Assembly: GCA_024679065.1 (NCBI GenBank) | Contig: JAGIQG010000009.1 | Coordinates: 102,486,001 to 102,550,000, forward strand | Length of the DNA stretch: 64,000 bases | Direction of reading: 5' to 3' | From: Sphyrna mokarran | Lineage: Eukaryota | Shown: positions 1-13,169 of the stretch, one piece after another | Layout of the letters: each line of letters opens with the position of its first letter | How positions within the stretch are numbered: position 1 is the first letter of the stretch | Program-made: the position numbers and the translations under genes | Notes under the pieces: model-generated | What the model saw: only the letters and a program-made list of their open reading frames with translations | Database searches by the model: none | What the model was told of the DNA's origin: nothing

Positions 1-1085
1 TTTCTATAATAAGGTGACCAGAACTGTTCAAAGTGTTCCAAGTGTGGCCTTATCAATGTCTTGTACAACTTTAACAAGATGTCCCGGCTCCTGTATTCAA
101 TGTTCTAACCAATGCTGAATGCCTCCTTACCACGCTATCCACCTGTGACTCCACTTTCAAGACCTATGAACCTGTACCCCTAGATCTCTTTGTTCTATAA
201 CTCTACCATTAACTGATTAAGTCTTGCCCTGATTCAATCTACCAAAATGCATCACCTAGCATTTATCTAAATTAAACTCCATTTGCCATTCATCGGCCCA
301 CTGGCCCAATTGATCACCATCCCATTGCAGTCCTCTATAACCTTCCTCACTGTCCACTATGCCACCATTCTTAATGTCATCTGCAAACCTACTAACTGTG
401 CCTTCTCAACTCTCATCAAATCATTTACATAAATGACAACTAACAGTGGACCCAGCATTCCTCAGTACTGATTCCTGAAACATACCACTGTCACAGGCCT
501 CCAGTTTGATAAACACACCTCTACAACTATTCTTTGTTTTTTGTCATCAAGACAATTTTGTATTCAATTGGTTACTTTGCCCTGGATCCTATGAAATAAA
601 CTTATGCAAGAATCTACCATGCAGTACCTTGTCAAAGACCTTGCTAAAGACCACATGGGCAACATCTGCTGCACCGCCCTCATCTACCTTCTTGGTTAGT
701 CCTTGAAAAAACTCAATCAAATTTGTGAAATATGGTTTTCCACTCACAAAGCCATGCTGACTGTCCTTAATCAGTCCTGGCCTCTATAAGTGCCTGTAGA
801 CTCTGTCTCTCAGAATATTTCAAACAACATTTCCACTACAGATGTTAGGCTCACCAGTCTGTAGTTCCCAGGCTTTTCCCTGCAACACTTCTTAAATAAA
901 GGCATAATATTTGCTACCCTCCAATCTTCAGGCACCTCACCAATAGCTGTCAATGATCCAAATAACTCTGCTAGGGGATCTGCAATTTCCTTCCTATCCT
1001 CCCACAACATCCTTAGATACATTTCATTAGGTCCCAGGGATTTATCTACTTTGATACACTTTCAGACTTCCAGCACCTCCTTCTC
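1..1085 (-). mobile_element. CR1 LINE ORF2 (RT) fragment, decayed
   Basis: Minus-strand CR1 motifs: VPEDWRVANIMPLFKK..PGNYRLVSLTS (ORF 810-1022) plus downstream RT/C-terminal remnants. Confidence 0.85.
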
Positions 1086-1287
1086 TGTAATATGTACACA
1101 AAGATGGTGAGTTTTTTTTCTCTCAGAAGGTTGTGCGACTTTGGAACTCTCTGCTTCAGAACACAGTGGAAGCAGGATCATTGAATATTTTTGAGATTAT
1201 GCTGGATAGATTGTTAGGCAAGGGATTTGAAGGTTATCAGGCATGAATTCTAAGCACTGAAAGTAAGCTTGTAGGTTCAGTAGGCAG

Positions 1288-1652
1288 TTTTTTTTAAATT
1301 GAAGTCTGGGACAAGGATGTCACAGACTGTCCACCATTTATTGCCCATCACTAGTTGTCCAAGGGCGGTTGAGAGTCAACCACATTGCTGTGGCTCTGGA
1401 ATCATATGTCAGCCAAACTAGGTAAGGACGGCAGATTTCTTTTCCTAAAGGGACATTAATGAACCAGATGGATTTTTCCAACAATCGACAATGGTTTCAT
1501 GGTCATCAGTAGATTCTTAATTCCAGATTTTTTTATATGTATTTCAAATTCCACTATCTGCTACGATGGGATTTGAACCCAGGTTCCCAGAACATTAGCT
1601 GAGTTTCAGTGTCAATACTCTAGTGATAATAGCACTGGGCCATAACCTCCCC
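1288..1652 (-). mobile_element. tRNA-derived SINE (non-V family)
   Basis: Head with A/B-box-like motifs (GGTTCAAATCCC on minus); homologous to 7845-8154 and 36613-37025. Confidence 0.7.
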
Positions 1653-2210
1653 AAAGGCAAATGGTATGTTGGCCATCACAGTGAGAGGATTTGAATATAG
1701 AGATAGGGATGTTTTGCTGCAATTGTACAGGTTGTTGGTGAGACCACATTTAGAATATTGTGTGCAGCTTTGGTCTCTTTATCTGAGGAAGCTGGAGCTA
1801 TAGCTGGAATACAGTGAAGATTTATCAGCTGATACTGGGATGGCAGGTCTGTCAGATGAGGAGACACTAAGTTGGTTAGGATTGTATTTACAGTAGATTC
1901 AAAAGAATACTCCCAAAGTTGGGGGAGTCCAGGATTAAGGTTCATCATTTGAGGATAAGGGGTAAACATTTTAGAACTGAGAAGAGGAAAAATTTCTTCA
2001 CCCAGAGAGTGGTAAATGTGTGGAATTCCCTACCACAGAATATAGTTGAGGCCAAAGCATTGTCTGATTTCGAGAAGAAATTAGATATGGCTCTTGGGGC
2101 TAAAGGGATCAACTGATTTTGGAGGAAGGGGGAATCAGGATATTGAACTTGATGATCAGCCATAATCAAAATGAATGACAGGACAGGCCCCTGCTTCTAG
2201 TTTCTTTATT
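1653..2210 (+). mobile_element. CR1 LINE 3' fragment
   Basis: [11 protein letters not shown] and FFTQRVVNVWNSLP motifs. Confidence 0.85.
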
Positions 2211-2499
2211 TCCAAGTAATTTGAGACACAAGCAGATCAGCCATGTTCTTATTGAGTAGTGGAGCAGGCTTGAGAGGGGCAGAGTGGCCTGTTTCTCGCT
2301 CCTAATTAGCATGTTCGTAAGTTAGTATGTTTGTCTGACTCCAGTCCTGTCCGTTGCAACCTCTGAGATTGTCGTACAAGGGAACTGTGGTGTAATCAGA
2401 TGGGCTGGCAGTTCTCTGAGGTAGGACTTCCTCTGGAGATGGGCAAATTAAGTCACTTTGGAGCAATATTGTGTTGGGACAGGCACTATTGATAGGATG

Positions 2500-2843
2500 A
2501 CATGGTGGCACAGTGGTTAGCATTAATGCCTCACAGTTCCAGGGACCCAGGTTCAATTCCAGCCTTGGGTGACTGCATGGAATTCCTTTGTTTTCCCCAT
2601 ATCTGTAGTTCCTTCAGGTGATCTGGTTTCTTCCCACAGTCCAAAGATGTACAGGTTAGGTAGATTGTCGTGCTAAAGTGCCTCTTCATATCCCAAGATG
2701 GGTAAATTAGATGGATTGGCTAATGGAAATACATGGAGGAACAGGGATAGGGCAGGGGAATAGGGTCTGGGTAAGACACTCTTTCAGAGAGTGGGTGTAG
2801 ACTCGATGGGCCAAATGGCCTCACCTGCACTGTAGGGATTCTA
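2500..2843 (+). mobile_element. HE1-type V-SINE with CR1-like tail
   Basis: tRNA head GGTGGCACAGTGGTTAGCA..GGTTCAATTCC, V-domain remnant, tail GATGGGCCAAATGGCCT..CTGCACTGTAGGGATTCT. Confidence 0.85.
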
Positions 2844-2946
2844 CACATCAACATTTTAGGACTGAGATAAGGGGACATTTCTTCACCCAGACAGGAGCGA
2901 GCCTGTGGAATTTGTCAAGACAGAAAGCAGTTGACGGAAACATTAC

Positions 2947-3116
2947 GGACGAGATTTTCTGGGCTTCCAGCTGCGTGTTTCCCTTCGGCAGGAGCTGGCA
3001 TTCCTGGGAATTTCCATTGATATCATCCTACACTGGCGGGAAACCCACAGACATGGGTGCATGGCCGGCAGGACCAGAGAATTCCATCAACGTGAATGGC
3101 AGGAGAATTTCAGCCC
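2947..3116. mobile_element. MITE-like insertion (Harbinger-like termini) inside a CR1 fragment
   Basis: Imperfect TIRs GGACGAGATTTTC / GAGAATTTCAGCCC; interrupts a CR1 3' fragment spanning ~2850-3170. Confidence 0.45.
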
Positions 3117-3179
3117 GTATGGTTTCAAAGAGTTAGATATTGGGAGGAGGATCAAAGGATATGAGGGAGAGTAGGTGGG

Positions 3180-3752
3180 TCAGGCTATTGAACTGGGCCT
3201 TAGTTAGGCCTCATTTGCTATACTGTGTACAATTCTGGATGCCACACCACCAGAAGAACGGGGATGCTTTGGAGAGGGTACAGACGAGGTTTATCAGGAT
3301 ATTGCCTGCTCTGGAGAGCATTAGCATCGAGGGAATGTTGGATAAACTCGGTTTGCTCTCACTGGAATGACAGAGATTGAGGGGGCGATCTGACAGAGGT
3401 TTCCAAGATTATAGCAGCATGGACAGAGTGGATAATCAGACGTTCTTTCCTAGGGTAGAAAAGTCAAGTATGAGGGGACACAGGTTTAAGGTGAGCGAGG
3501 AAAAGTTTAGAAGCCGTGCGGAAAGCAAGTTTTTTATACAAAGGATGGTGAATGTCTGGAATGCGTTGCCCGGCAGGGAGTGGGAGCAGCTACGTTGAGG
3601 TATTTAAAAGGCAACTAGATGAATATGTGAATAGGATGGAAATGGAAGGATACAGACTCTGTAAGTGCAAATGGTTTTAGTTTAGACAGCTATGATCAGC
3701 ACAGGCTTGGAGGGCGGAAGGGCCTGTGCTGTACTTTTCTTTGTTCTTTTAA
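3180..3752 (+). mobile_element. CR1 LINE 3' fragment
   Basis: ALVRPHL.YCVQFW.PH, RGHRFKV, VWNALP motifs and CR1 tail GAAGGGCCTGTGCTGTAC. Confidence 0.85.
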
Positions 3753-3822
3753 TATTTAATACTGCTCCTATTTTCTATATATTCGGCACAAACTCCTCAG
3801 ATAGCAACACCCATCCGCACCT

Positions 3823-3828
3823 CCCCCC

Positions 3829-3878
<50 letters not shown>
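3823..3878. repeat. poly-C run followed by (CA)n microsatellite
   Basis: Directly visible. Confidence 0.95.
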
Positions 3879-3880
<2 letters not shown>

Positions 3881-4074
3881 TGGTCCTCAAAACCCTGTGC
3901 ATCATTTGCAGAAAGGGAGGGAATGAAATCTCTGGGAATCTCTGCAATTCCCAATGTTGTTGGTGCAGCGACTCCGATATATCCTTGTACAATTTGACCA
4001 ATTCCCTGGAGTCCGCTCCCATTCATTCCCCGTCGTGCGGGATTTCCTTCTCTCCCTGTTCCCCCCCCCCCCAC

Positions 4075-4141
4075 CTTCTGCACCGCCGGCCCGGAGTTGG
4101 AAGAGGACAGGCAGCAACAGGAGACGGAATAACTGCTCCAT
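4075..4141 (-). CDS. Probable first (signal-peptide) exon of a gene continuing off the left end of the window
   Basis: ATG in good Kozak context (GGGATGG); MEQLFRLLLLPVLFQLRAGGAE+G, then phase-1 donor AAG|GTGGGG; CpG/GC-rich surroundings. No downstream exons recognised in 1-4074. Confidence 0.55.
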
Positions 4142-4375
4142 CCCCGCAACGTCTTAACTTCCAGCCAGCATCCAGAGCTCAGTCTGGACCCCGACCCGCT
4201 CTCACCCTCTTCACAAAGCGGACTGGGATCCGGATTCACCCGCTCCCGCCTCGATTCCACTGGGACACCAGTACAGAGGAAGCACCTCTCTGAATTTACC
4301 TGTCAACAGCGGGAGGAGCTCAGTGAACCTCAGCTTCAAACAGGTTGAGTCAGTCTGTTCACATGTTTACAAGGG

Positions 4376-7300
4376 TTTTTTTAAAAGCAACACAGTACGG
4401 GAAACAGGCCCTTCGGCCCAACGAGCCCGCGCCGCCGTCATAACTTTATAGTAACAATTCCATTTTCCTGTTCTAATTTTAGGTTATACCTAATATGGAA
4501 GAATCTCAATATAGGGACAATTTGTTTCCCAATCAGCCTAAGAGCGAATTTTTGGGAAGTGGGAGGAAACCGGAGCGCCCGGAGAAAACCCACGCAACCA
4601 CGGGGAGAACGCGCAAACTCCCGCAGACACCGGCCCAATTCCAAGTGTCTGCACAGGTACAGCGATAGTCACTGAGCTGTCATGGTGCCCTTCAGATGGT
4701 CCAGTAAAGCACTCATTTACAACATGAGGTACCAGTCAACCCATGAATCAACATGCAAGAGCTGTCCTCGCACCACCTGCCGAATGCATGCTCCTTGTTG
4801 GTCAAGTTGGACCGAATTACCTGTGGAAAAAAAAAAGCCATAGTTAAACAGTCCTACTATATCCCTCTATCTGCATAACGCTCATGTGGCTGTCCAAGAG
4901 ACCCTTAAACAGCCTTAGCGTGCCTGCTCCCACCACCTTACTCGGCAGTGCATTCCACACCCCCACTACCCTTTGTGTGAAAAACGGCCCTCTAATATTC
5001 GTCTTATACATAGCCCCCCTCACCCTAAGGCCATGACCCCTCGTCCTATCCATTTCTGAAGGTGGAAAAAGTTTACCTCCATTTACTCTATCTATACCCC
5101 TTATAATCTTATCCACCTCTATGAGATCCCCTCTAAGCTGACGTCTTTCAAGGGAAAACAACCCCAGTCTATCTAATCGTTCCTCATAAGACAGTCCTTC
5201 CATACCAGGCAGCATCCTGGTAAACTTCCTCTGCACTCTCTTCAAGGACTCCACATCCTTCCGATAGTACGGCGACCAGAACTGGGCGCAGTATTCCAAG
5301 TGAGGCCTAACCAATGTTCTATACAACTGCAACATCAAACTCCTACTCTTGTATTCTATACCCTTTTCTATGAAAGCTAACATACTATACGCTTTCTTTA
5401 TCACCTTCTCCACCTGTAAAGACACCTTCAGAGACTTGTGAACCTGCACCCCCAAGTCTCTCTGCGTCTCTATACTCCGAATAGTTTTACCTTTTATTCT
5501 ATAACTCTCTTCTACATTTTTCCAGCCAAAATGCATCACCTCGCATTTATCCGGATTAAATTCCATTTGCCATCTATCTGCCCAGTCTACCAACCTGTCT
5601 ATGTCCTGTTGTATTGCCTGGCACTGCTCTTCTGTACCCGCCAATCCAAGCATCTTAGTGTCATCAGCAAATTTGCTGATCTCACCACCTACCCCAACTT
5701 CCAAGTCGTTTATGTAGACCACAAATAGAAGAGGACCTAGTCCTGAGCCTTGTGGCACTCCACTAGTGACAGGCTTCCAGCCGGAAAAAGAGCCTTCCAC
5801 TACTACCCTCTGTCTCCTCCTCCCGAGCCAGTTTTCGACCCATCTACATACTTGGCCCTGTATCCCATGAGCCTTCACCTTCTCTATCAGTCTACCATGA
5901 GGAACCTTGTCAAACACCTTACTGAAATCCATGTAGACGACATCAACAGCATGTCCTTCATCAACTGTTTTTGTCACTTCTTCAAAAAATTCCACTAGAT
6001 TTGTTAGACAAGACTCCCCCTTGACGAAGCCATGCTGCATATCCCTGATCAGATCGCAGCGCTCCAGATGCTCATACATCCTGTCCCTAAGGATCCTCTC
6101 CATTAGCTTGCCTATAACTGAAGTCAAGCTCACCGGCCTATAGTTCCCTGGGTGATCCCTCTGACCTTTTTTAAACAACGGTACTACGTTTGCTATCCTC
6201 CAGTCCTCTGGGACCTCACCTGTGTCCAAGGAAGAGACAAAGATGTGCGTCAGAGGCCCAGCTAGGTCTTCCCTCAACTCCCTTAGCAGCCTGGGGTAAA
6301 TGCCATCAGGCCCCGGAGCTTTATATGTCTTTAAGCCGCCTAACAGCCCCAACACCTCTTTCCTCGTAATCTTTATTTCCCTCAACCGATCCTCAACTTT
6401 GTCAAAATCAGCAACAGACATCTGGCCAGTCTCCTGCGTGAATACCGACGCAAAGTATTCATTCAGGATCTCCCCCATTCCCTCATGCTCTAAGCATAGA
6501 TCCCCTCCACTGTCCCTAAGAGGTCCAATCTTGCCTCTAACCATCCTTTTGCTCCTTACATAGGTGTAAAATGCCTTTGGATTTTCCTTAATCCTACCTG
6601 CCAGAGCCACCTCGTGGCCCCTTTTTGCCTTTCTAATACCCCTTTAAAGATCCCGTCTACACTCTCTATAAGCTTCCAGCGCTGTCTCAGTCCCCAGTTG
6701 CCTAGATCTAATGTAAGCCTCTCGCTTCTTCCTGATCAAGTCCTCAATATCCCTGGTACGCCACGGTTCTCTAATCCTACCTTTCCCATCCTTCCTCCTT
6801 GCCGGCACGTATCTTTCCTGCAGAGAGTTTAGTTTTCCCTTGAAAGACTCCCACATGTACCTCGTCGACCTGCCTCGAAAAGCTTATCCCAGTCGGTATC
6901 TTTAAGATCTTGCCTAATCTGGCTGTATCTAGCCCTCCCCCAGTTAAATACCTTCCCTTTTGGGCAGGTCTCGTCCCTTTCCATTAATATCCTAAAGTAG
7001 ACAGAGTTGTGATCACTATTTGACACATGCTCTCCTACCTCGACGTCAACCACCTGCCCTGGCTCATTCCCCAGAACCAAATCCAGTATAGCCCCCTCTC
7101 TAGTCGGGCTATCCACATACTGGTCCAAGGACCCTTCCAAAACACAATGTACAAATTCCTCCCCGTCCACTCCTACAGCTCTGGGCACTCTCCAATCTAC
7201 TCCAGGGAAATTGAAATCTCCCACTACTACTACCCTATTTTTCCTACATTTATCTAAAATGCCCCTGCATATCCCTTCTTCCACGGCCCGCGGGCTGTTG

Positions 7301-7807
7301 GGCGGTCTGTAGTAAACACCCAACATAGTAACCACTCCCTTCCTATTTCCTCAAGTCCACCCATAGAGACTCAATTCCTAAATCATCCATACCTCCCTCC
7401 CTCTGCACTGCTATGATGTTGTCCTTAACTAATAAAGCCACTCCCCCGCCTCTCCTCACACCAACTCTGTCATGCCTAAAACATTTATATCCTGGAATAT
7501 TCAGTTGCCAGTCTTGCCCCTCCTTCAACCACGTCTCGGTCACCGCCACCACTTCTAAACTCCTCGTGAACATTATTGCCTTCAGTTCATCTGTTTTGCC
7601 AGTCACACTCCTCGCATTAAAACACATGCACTGAAGACCCTCAGCTCTCGGATATTCCTTTCTACCTTCTGGTGTTACCCTATCATCCCTCTCTCTCCCA
7701 CTCCCAGTTCCCTCTCTCTCCCCACCCTCCCTCCCTACTAGGTTAGGCAGACTCAGCCTGTGTTCCCTCGGAGTCAAGAGATAAGAATTTGCAGTCCTGA
7801 CCCCCAA
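4376..7807 (-). mobile_element. Near full-length CR1 LINE ORF2 (APE endonuclease + RT) with frameshifts and ~470-bp 3' UTR
   Basis: CFNARS, VTETW, GGGVALLVK, YYRPPN, GDFN, SDHN (endonuclease); [13 protein letters not shown] (RT); split over ORFs 7343-7807, 6829-7335, 6644-6856, 4844-6610; A-rich tail at ~4376. Confidence 0.95.
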
Positions 7808-7844
7808 CCAATTCTGAGGCTTAAGACGCAGTTTTAAGCTGATT

Positions 7845-8154
7845 TTTATTCATTCTTGAATGTGGGCATCACTGGCATTTGTTGCAGTTCCCGGTTGCCC
7901 AAGTTGTGATTCTGGAGTCACATGTAGGACAGACCCTGTTAACTGACAGATTTCCTTCCCTAAGGGGACATTAGTGAATCAGATGGGTTTTTCCCAACAA
8001 TGGTTTCATGGTCATTAGTAGACTCTTAATTCCAGGTTTTGTTTTATTGAATTCAAATTCTACCATCTGCCATGGTGGGATTCGAACCTGCTCCCCAAAG
8101 ATGAGTTTCTGGATTAATAGTCTAGCGATAATAACATTAGACTGTTGCCTCCCC
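7845..8154 (-). mobile_element. tRNA-derived SINE (same family as 1288-1652)
   Basis: Homologous to the other two copies; B-box GGTTCGAATCCC on minus. Confidence 0.7.
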
Positions 8155-8600
8155 GAAATGTATAACCCTGTGTAAAACTAACATCAAACTCATCCTCTGC
8201 ATTTCAAATGCAGATGGTGAAATTGAAACTATACCATTTACCTTGCTGGTCACACTCCGATGCAGCAAGCAAACTTGCAACTCATCAACTTTCTTTAAAA
8301 GTTTATTAGTGTCACAAGTAGGCTTACATTAACACTGCAATTAGGTTACTGTGAAAATTCCCTAGTTGCCTCACTCCAGTGCCTGTTCAGGTACATTGAG
8401 GGCATCACACTATGATGTAAGGCACTTAATTTATAGAAACTGTTTGGTAGGAATCTTATGACAAACAAAATAGTACAGTTTATTCATTTACTCTTTTATA
8501 AAATACTATTTTATCTTGCTCATTATTATAAAAAAGCAGTAGCCAAAGGGTAGATTTAACATTTTCAAAAGATAAAGCAAAGGAAAAGGTTGTCCCAGCA

Positions 8601-9861
8601 GTGGTTTTGTGAAGGGTAGGTCGTGCCTTACTAACCTCATTGAGTTTTTTGAAAAAGTGACCAAAGAGGTGGATGGGGGTAAGGCGGTTGATGTGGTATA
8701 TATGGACTTTAGTAAGGCGTTTGATAAGGTGGCCCATGGAAGACTTCTGCAGAAAATGCAGATGTATGGGATAGAGGGTGATTTAGCTAATTGGATTAGG
8801 AATTGGCTAGCAGATAGAAGACAGAGGGTGGTGGTTGATGGAGATATTCATCGTGGAGTTCGGTGACAAGTGGTGTACCTCAGGGGTCTGTTTTGGGGCC
8901 CCTGCTGTTTGTAATTTTTATAAATGATCTGGATGAGGGTATTGAAGGATGGATTAGTAAATTTGCAGATGACACTAAAGTCGGTGGAGTGGTAGATAGT
9001 GAAGAGGGGTGTTATAGTTTGCAGAGAGACTTGGACAAGTTGCAGAGCTGGGCCGAGAGGTGGCAAATGGAGTTTAATGTGGAAAAGTGTGAGGTAATGC
9101 ACTTTGGCAGGAATAATAAATGTGTAGAGTATAGGGCTAATGGTAGGATTCTTAATAGTGTTGATGAACAGAGGGATCTTGGTGTGTATGTGCATAGATC
9201 CCTGAAAGTAGGCAGTCAAGTCGAGAAGGTTGTTAAGAAGGCATATGGAGTCTTAGCTTTTATTGGTAGGGGGATTGAATTTCGGAGCCGCAACGTCATG
9301 TTGCAACTGTACAAAACTCTAGTGCGGCCGCACTTGGAGTATTGTGTGCAGTTCTGGTCCCCACATTATAAGAAAGATGTGGAGGCATTGGAGAGGGTAC
9401 AGAGGAGGTTTACCAGGATGTTGCCTGGTATGGAGGGCAGGTCTTATGAAGAGAGGCTGAGGGATTTGAGGTTGTTTTCGTTAGAAAGGAGGCGGCTAAG
9501 AGGGGACCTAATCGAAACATATAAGATGATTAGAGGTTTAGATAGGGTGGACAGTGATAGCCTTTTTCCTAGGATGGAGAAAGCTAGCACGAGGGGACAC
9601 AGCTTTAAATTAAGGGGTGATAGTTATAGGACGGATATCAGAGGTATGTTCTTTACCCAAAGGGTGGTTAGGGAGTGGAATGCCCTGCCTGCAGCAGTTG
9701 TAGATGCGCCAAGTTTGGTGGCGTTTAAGAGGTTTGTTGATAAGTATATGGAAGAGAAGGGAATGGTTTAGTTTGGAGGGTCATTGCTTTTTATATTGGT
9801 CGGCGCAACATCGAAGGCCGAAGGGCCTGTTCTGTGCTGTAATGTTCTATGTTCTATGTTC
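8601..9861 (+). mobile_element. CR1 LINE, 5'-truncated, young
   Basis: RT ORFs 8609-8866 and 8863-9771 (one frameshift); (TGTTCTA)n tail; near-identical to 39310-41182. Confidence 0.95.
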
Positions 9862-11898
9862 CTGTGATCATTTTGATACTGCACGTGCATAAGAACGATT
9901 TTCTGATTTGTAAATACACTGAAATGGCCATCCCTGCAAATAAAATACAATATTTATGGCATTTTTAAACAGTTTCCACATCTGCAAAGTTTCATTGAAC
10001 ATATTATCATCCTTTATCTAGTAAAGTGATTGGTTGAACCCCTGGGGAGGCTTCTGTTGTGGCTGAACTCTAAACTTTGGGCAGAAGATATAAAGTGATA
10101 GGGATAAAAGATGTAAGCCCAGTCAGTTCAGCTGAACTGAGACCCAATATCCTGCTTTACAAAAGCAATCCAGAATCTGATGTGCAGTTTATTCTCTGAA
10201 TACCAATATTCTTCTCAGAGGCCTTCAGTTTAAAAAGTATTATTTTGATTTGAGAACAACACTTCCAGCTTTTGAAATTTCAGTGCGCACTGGTCCTTTA
10301 TTCTTTTCTGGCTTTTCTCCTCTGACCCTATCTCGAAAGATAAAGTTCTCTCATACCTCATGGGGTAGTTTTTCATTTGTAAGCCTAGTGAGTGCAAGTG
10401 GACATTTCAACAATGGAGAAACATTACAGCTGATCCAATCCTGTCTCCATCATTAAATTCAACTATCCCATTACCTTAGCTGCCAATCTTCACTTTGTGA
10501 TTTTTAGCAGCTAAGTGAACTATATGCAATGACTGCAATGGGCCTCAGCAACAACATTGCTGTAAATGCATATATCTATGAACCAGATAAAGCTAACTCC
10601 GAGTCATGACACCTAACACTGTTCCATCCACAAAAAGCAAAGCAAGTCAATTACTCTCTTATCAGAGTTATGACAGAAACTGTCAAGGATATCTACCTCA
10701 CCAGAAATTTGGACAGAAATGCTCAGTTCTGCCTCCAAATTTTGACGCGGCTTTGCTTGAAGAATGGAAATTAGCTGAAGGCTGGAGAGGAGGGTTGAGG
10801 TGCATTTGATTGTGGCATGAAGGAGCTGTAGCAAAACTGATACAAAGTAGAGGGATCCTACCTGAGTGCATGCTGTGTTTGGTAGTCAATCCAGATTACC
10901 ATTGCTAAACTTCTTGAGTATACGGACACCAACTGTTTTTAACTCCTTCCTCAGTGACTTCCCTGTCAGAAGATCAGATGGGGATTGTTTGGTTACAGTT
11001 TGAGTTTGGCCCTATAATGAAATAATCCATTCCAATACGCATTAGAATCTTGTCAAAATCAAAGAAAAGTTGAAAATTTATGATTATAGAAAAAGATATT
11101 TGACCACTCTTGCCTGTGTTGGCTGAGCAAGAGCTACCTAACCCATTTTCTGGCTCTCAAGGACAACAGTGTGACAAGTAATTTTTGGGCCATGTAAGTA
11201 CCTGGCAATTGCTTTCCCTTGTGTTAAAACATCCAATTAACCCCCCCAACCTTGAACACGCTTTCATTGTTAAGATCCTCACTGGCAAAGTCTTAAAGGG
11301 CTTTGGGAGCAATATTGATGTGATACATTATTGCCCAGAAGCTAGGCTGAACCAGCCATGTCAACATTGTCGCTACAACAGTAAGGAGAATGAGTACTAT
11401 GAATGTCTCTGTCTGTCAAATGAGAAGTGTTAAAGAATTGTGAGAGAATACTGAACATGTGAAAATATTTAATTAACTTGATCCTCTCCAGGACAGTGCT
11501 TAACCGTTGTCTTGGTCCTGAACTCTATCCACCCACTCTGCCATGGTTGTATAGTGGCAGTTGAACTAATTATCAACAGGGGTCATTTAAACAGCATATC
11601 CCCCACCACAACCTCCATTACCAAAGAGGACAACAGCAACAAAATCTTGAGTACCATCCCAAATTGGATGTAAATCATTCCCTTGTTGTTGGATCACAGT
11701 CCTACTAACGCCAACAACACAAAAAAACTATATTGGTTCCAGGTTTGAAGAGGCTTGATGGGCTTGGGACATGAGTTCAAATCCCACCACAACTATAAAG
11801 GAATGTAAAATGGATTAATTAGTAAAGATCTGGCAAACTGGAGTGAAGGGCACAATCAGATCAAACATAATCATATTATACAGTGGAGCAAGCTTCAG

Positions 11899-12170
11899 GG
11901 CGGCATAGTGGTTAGTGCTGCTGCCTCACAGCACTGAGGATTTGGGTTCAATTCCAGTCTTAGGTGATTGGCTGTGTGGAGTTTGCATATTCTCCCATGT
12001 CTGCATGGTCTTCTACCAGGTACTTTGGTTTCCTCCCACAGTTCCAACATATGTAGGTTAGGGGTATTAGTGGGATAAAATGCGTTGGGTTACAGGGAAG
12101 TGGGCCTAGATGCTCTGTCTTAGAGTAGAAGCAGATTCGATGGGCAGAATGGCCTCCTTCTGCACTGAGG
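11899..12170 (+). mobile_element. HE1-type V-SINE
   Basis: tRNA head, V domain and CR1-like tail. Confidence 0.8.
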
Positions 12171-12727
12171 ATCGTGTGTAAAGCTTGCTATCATCAAGAA
12201 AGATGGGCAATTTGACAGAGTCAGAGATTGCAGCAATGTTTCCTCTTACAAATACCAAGTGTATGGACCTTCAAAGATCAGAAAATGATTTATAATCCCC
12301 TACCACCAAATCTGCTGTCACTAGCAGCCAAATAAGCTGTCTTCTCTCAAAAGTTTATTTTAAATGTATAAAGAGGAAAAAACTTGCTTAAAATAAGAGA
12401 ATAGCAATGTTCTTAAAAAATGCTGCCTGTTTATATTACTAAATGTTATTTTACTGATCTAAATTATTTTGCCTCTGGTGCCTTTCTTTAATCTCCCTTT
12501 GCCACTGACGTTCATAAGTTAACTCTGTTCTGTAATCCTCTGGCTACAAAGATGACAAGTTAAGTTATTCACTCGTTAATGATTCACTCATAGCTGTGCT
12601 GTCACATCCATGAAAGATATGGTTGTCCTCAGTATATACACACAAGAACTTCATTTTGAGCATTTGATTCTGTTGCTCCTAATATTATTGCAGCAACTTC
12701 TTTGATCATATTGTTGACTATGCCAAT

Positions 12728-13112
12728 TGTGGCTCTGCTCTGAGTCATTTGTGGGTTCATGTCCCAGTCCAGGGTTTAAGTACAAAAATCAAGACAGCTA
12801 CAGCACTGCAGCATTTGTTGCTGATGGAATCTTTTGGACAAGATATAAAACCGAGGACTTGTTTGCCCACTTGGAGGGATGTAAAATATCCCATGGCACT
12901 ACTGTGAAGAAGAACAAGGGAATTATCCGTGGTTCCTGACCAGTATTGCTCAAGCAACATCAAAAACAGATTATCACGGGTCATTATCCCATGCTGTCTG
13001 AAGGATCCATGTCCAAAATGGCTGCCACATTCAGAAGTAGTTCCTTGACTATAAAGTGCTCTTGAACATTGAGATCATGTAACGTGCTATATAAACACAA
13101 ATTTGTTTTTTT
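12728..13112 (+). mobile_element. DeuSINE (SacSINE1/AmnSINE1-like)
   Basis: Deu-domain-like core GATGTAAAATATCCCATGGCACTA..GAAGAAGA..CAGATTATC..GGTCATTATC and tail GCTATATAAA; a minus-strand tail fragment also at ~20860-21000. Confidence 0.65.
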
Positions 13113-13169
13113 TAAAGTTCAATTATGAGTACTAAATATCAGTTTAGTCTATTGCAAACATAGTCAAGT

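Noticed and set aside
2500-2570. tRNA genes at SINE heads
   Set aside because: A/B boxes run directly into V domains and LINE tails; no complete cloverleaf.
3692-4293. Overlapping ORFs of 79-161 aa around the poly-C/(CA)n tract
   Set aside because: Open frames arise from low-complexity GC-rich sequence; only the signal-peptide segment with a phase-1 donor is credible.
4844-6610. 588-aa RT ORF as a host gene or active element
   Set aside because: Part of a frameshifted CR1 ORF2 lacking ORF1; not intact.
10200-10345. Possible minus-strand exon (..VRGEKPEKNKGP..)
   Set aside because: Weak acceptor, no recognisable homology or partner exons.
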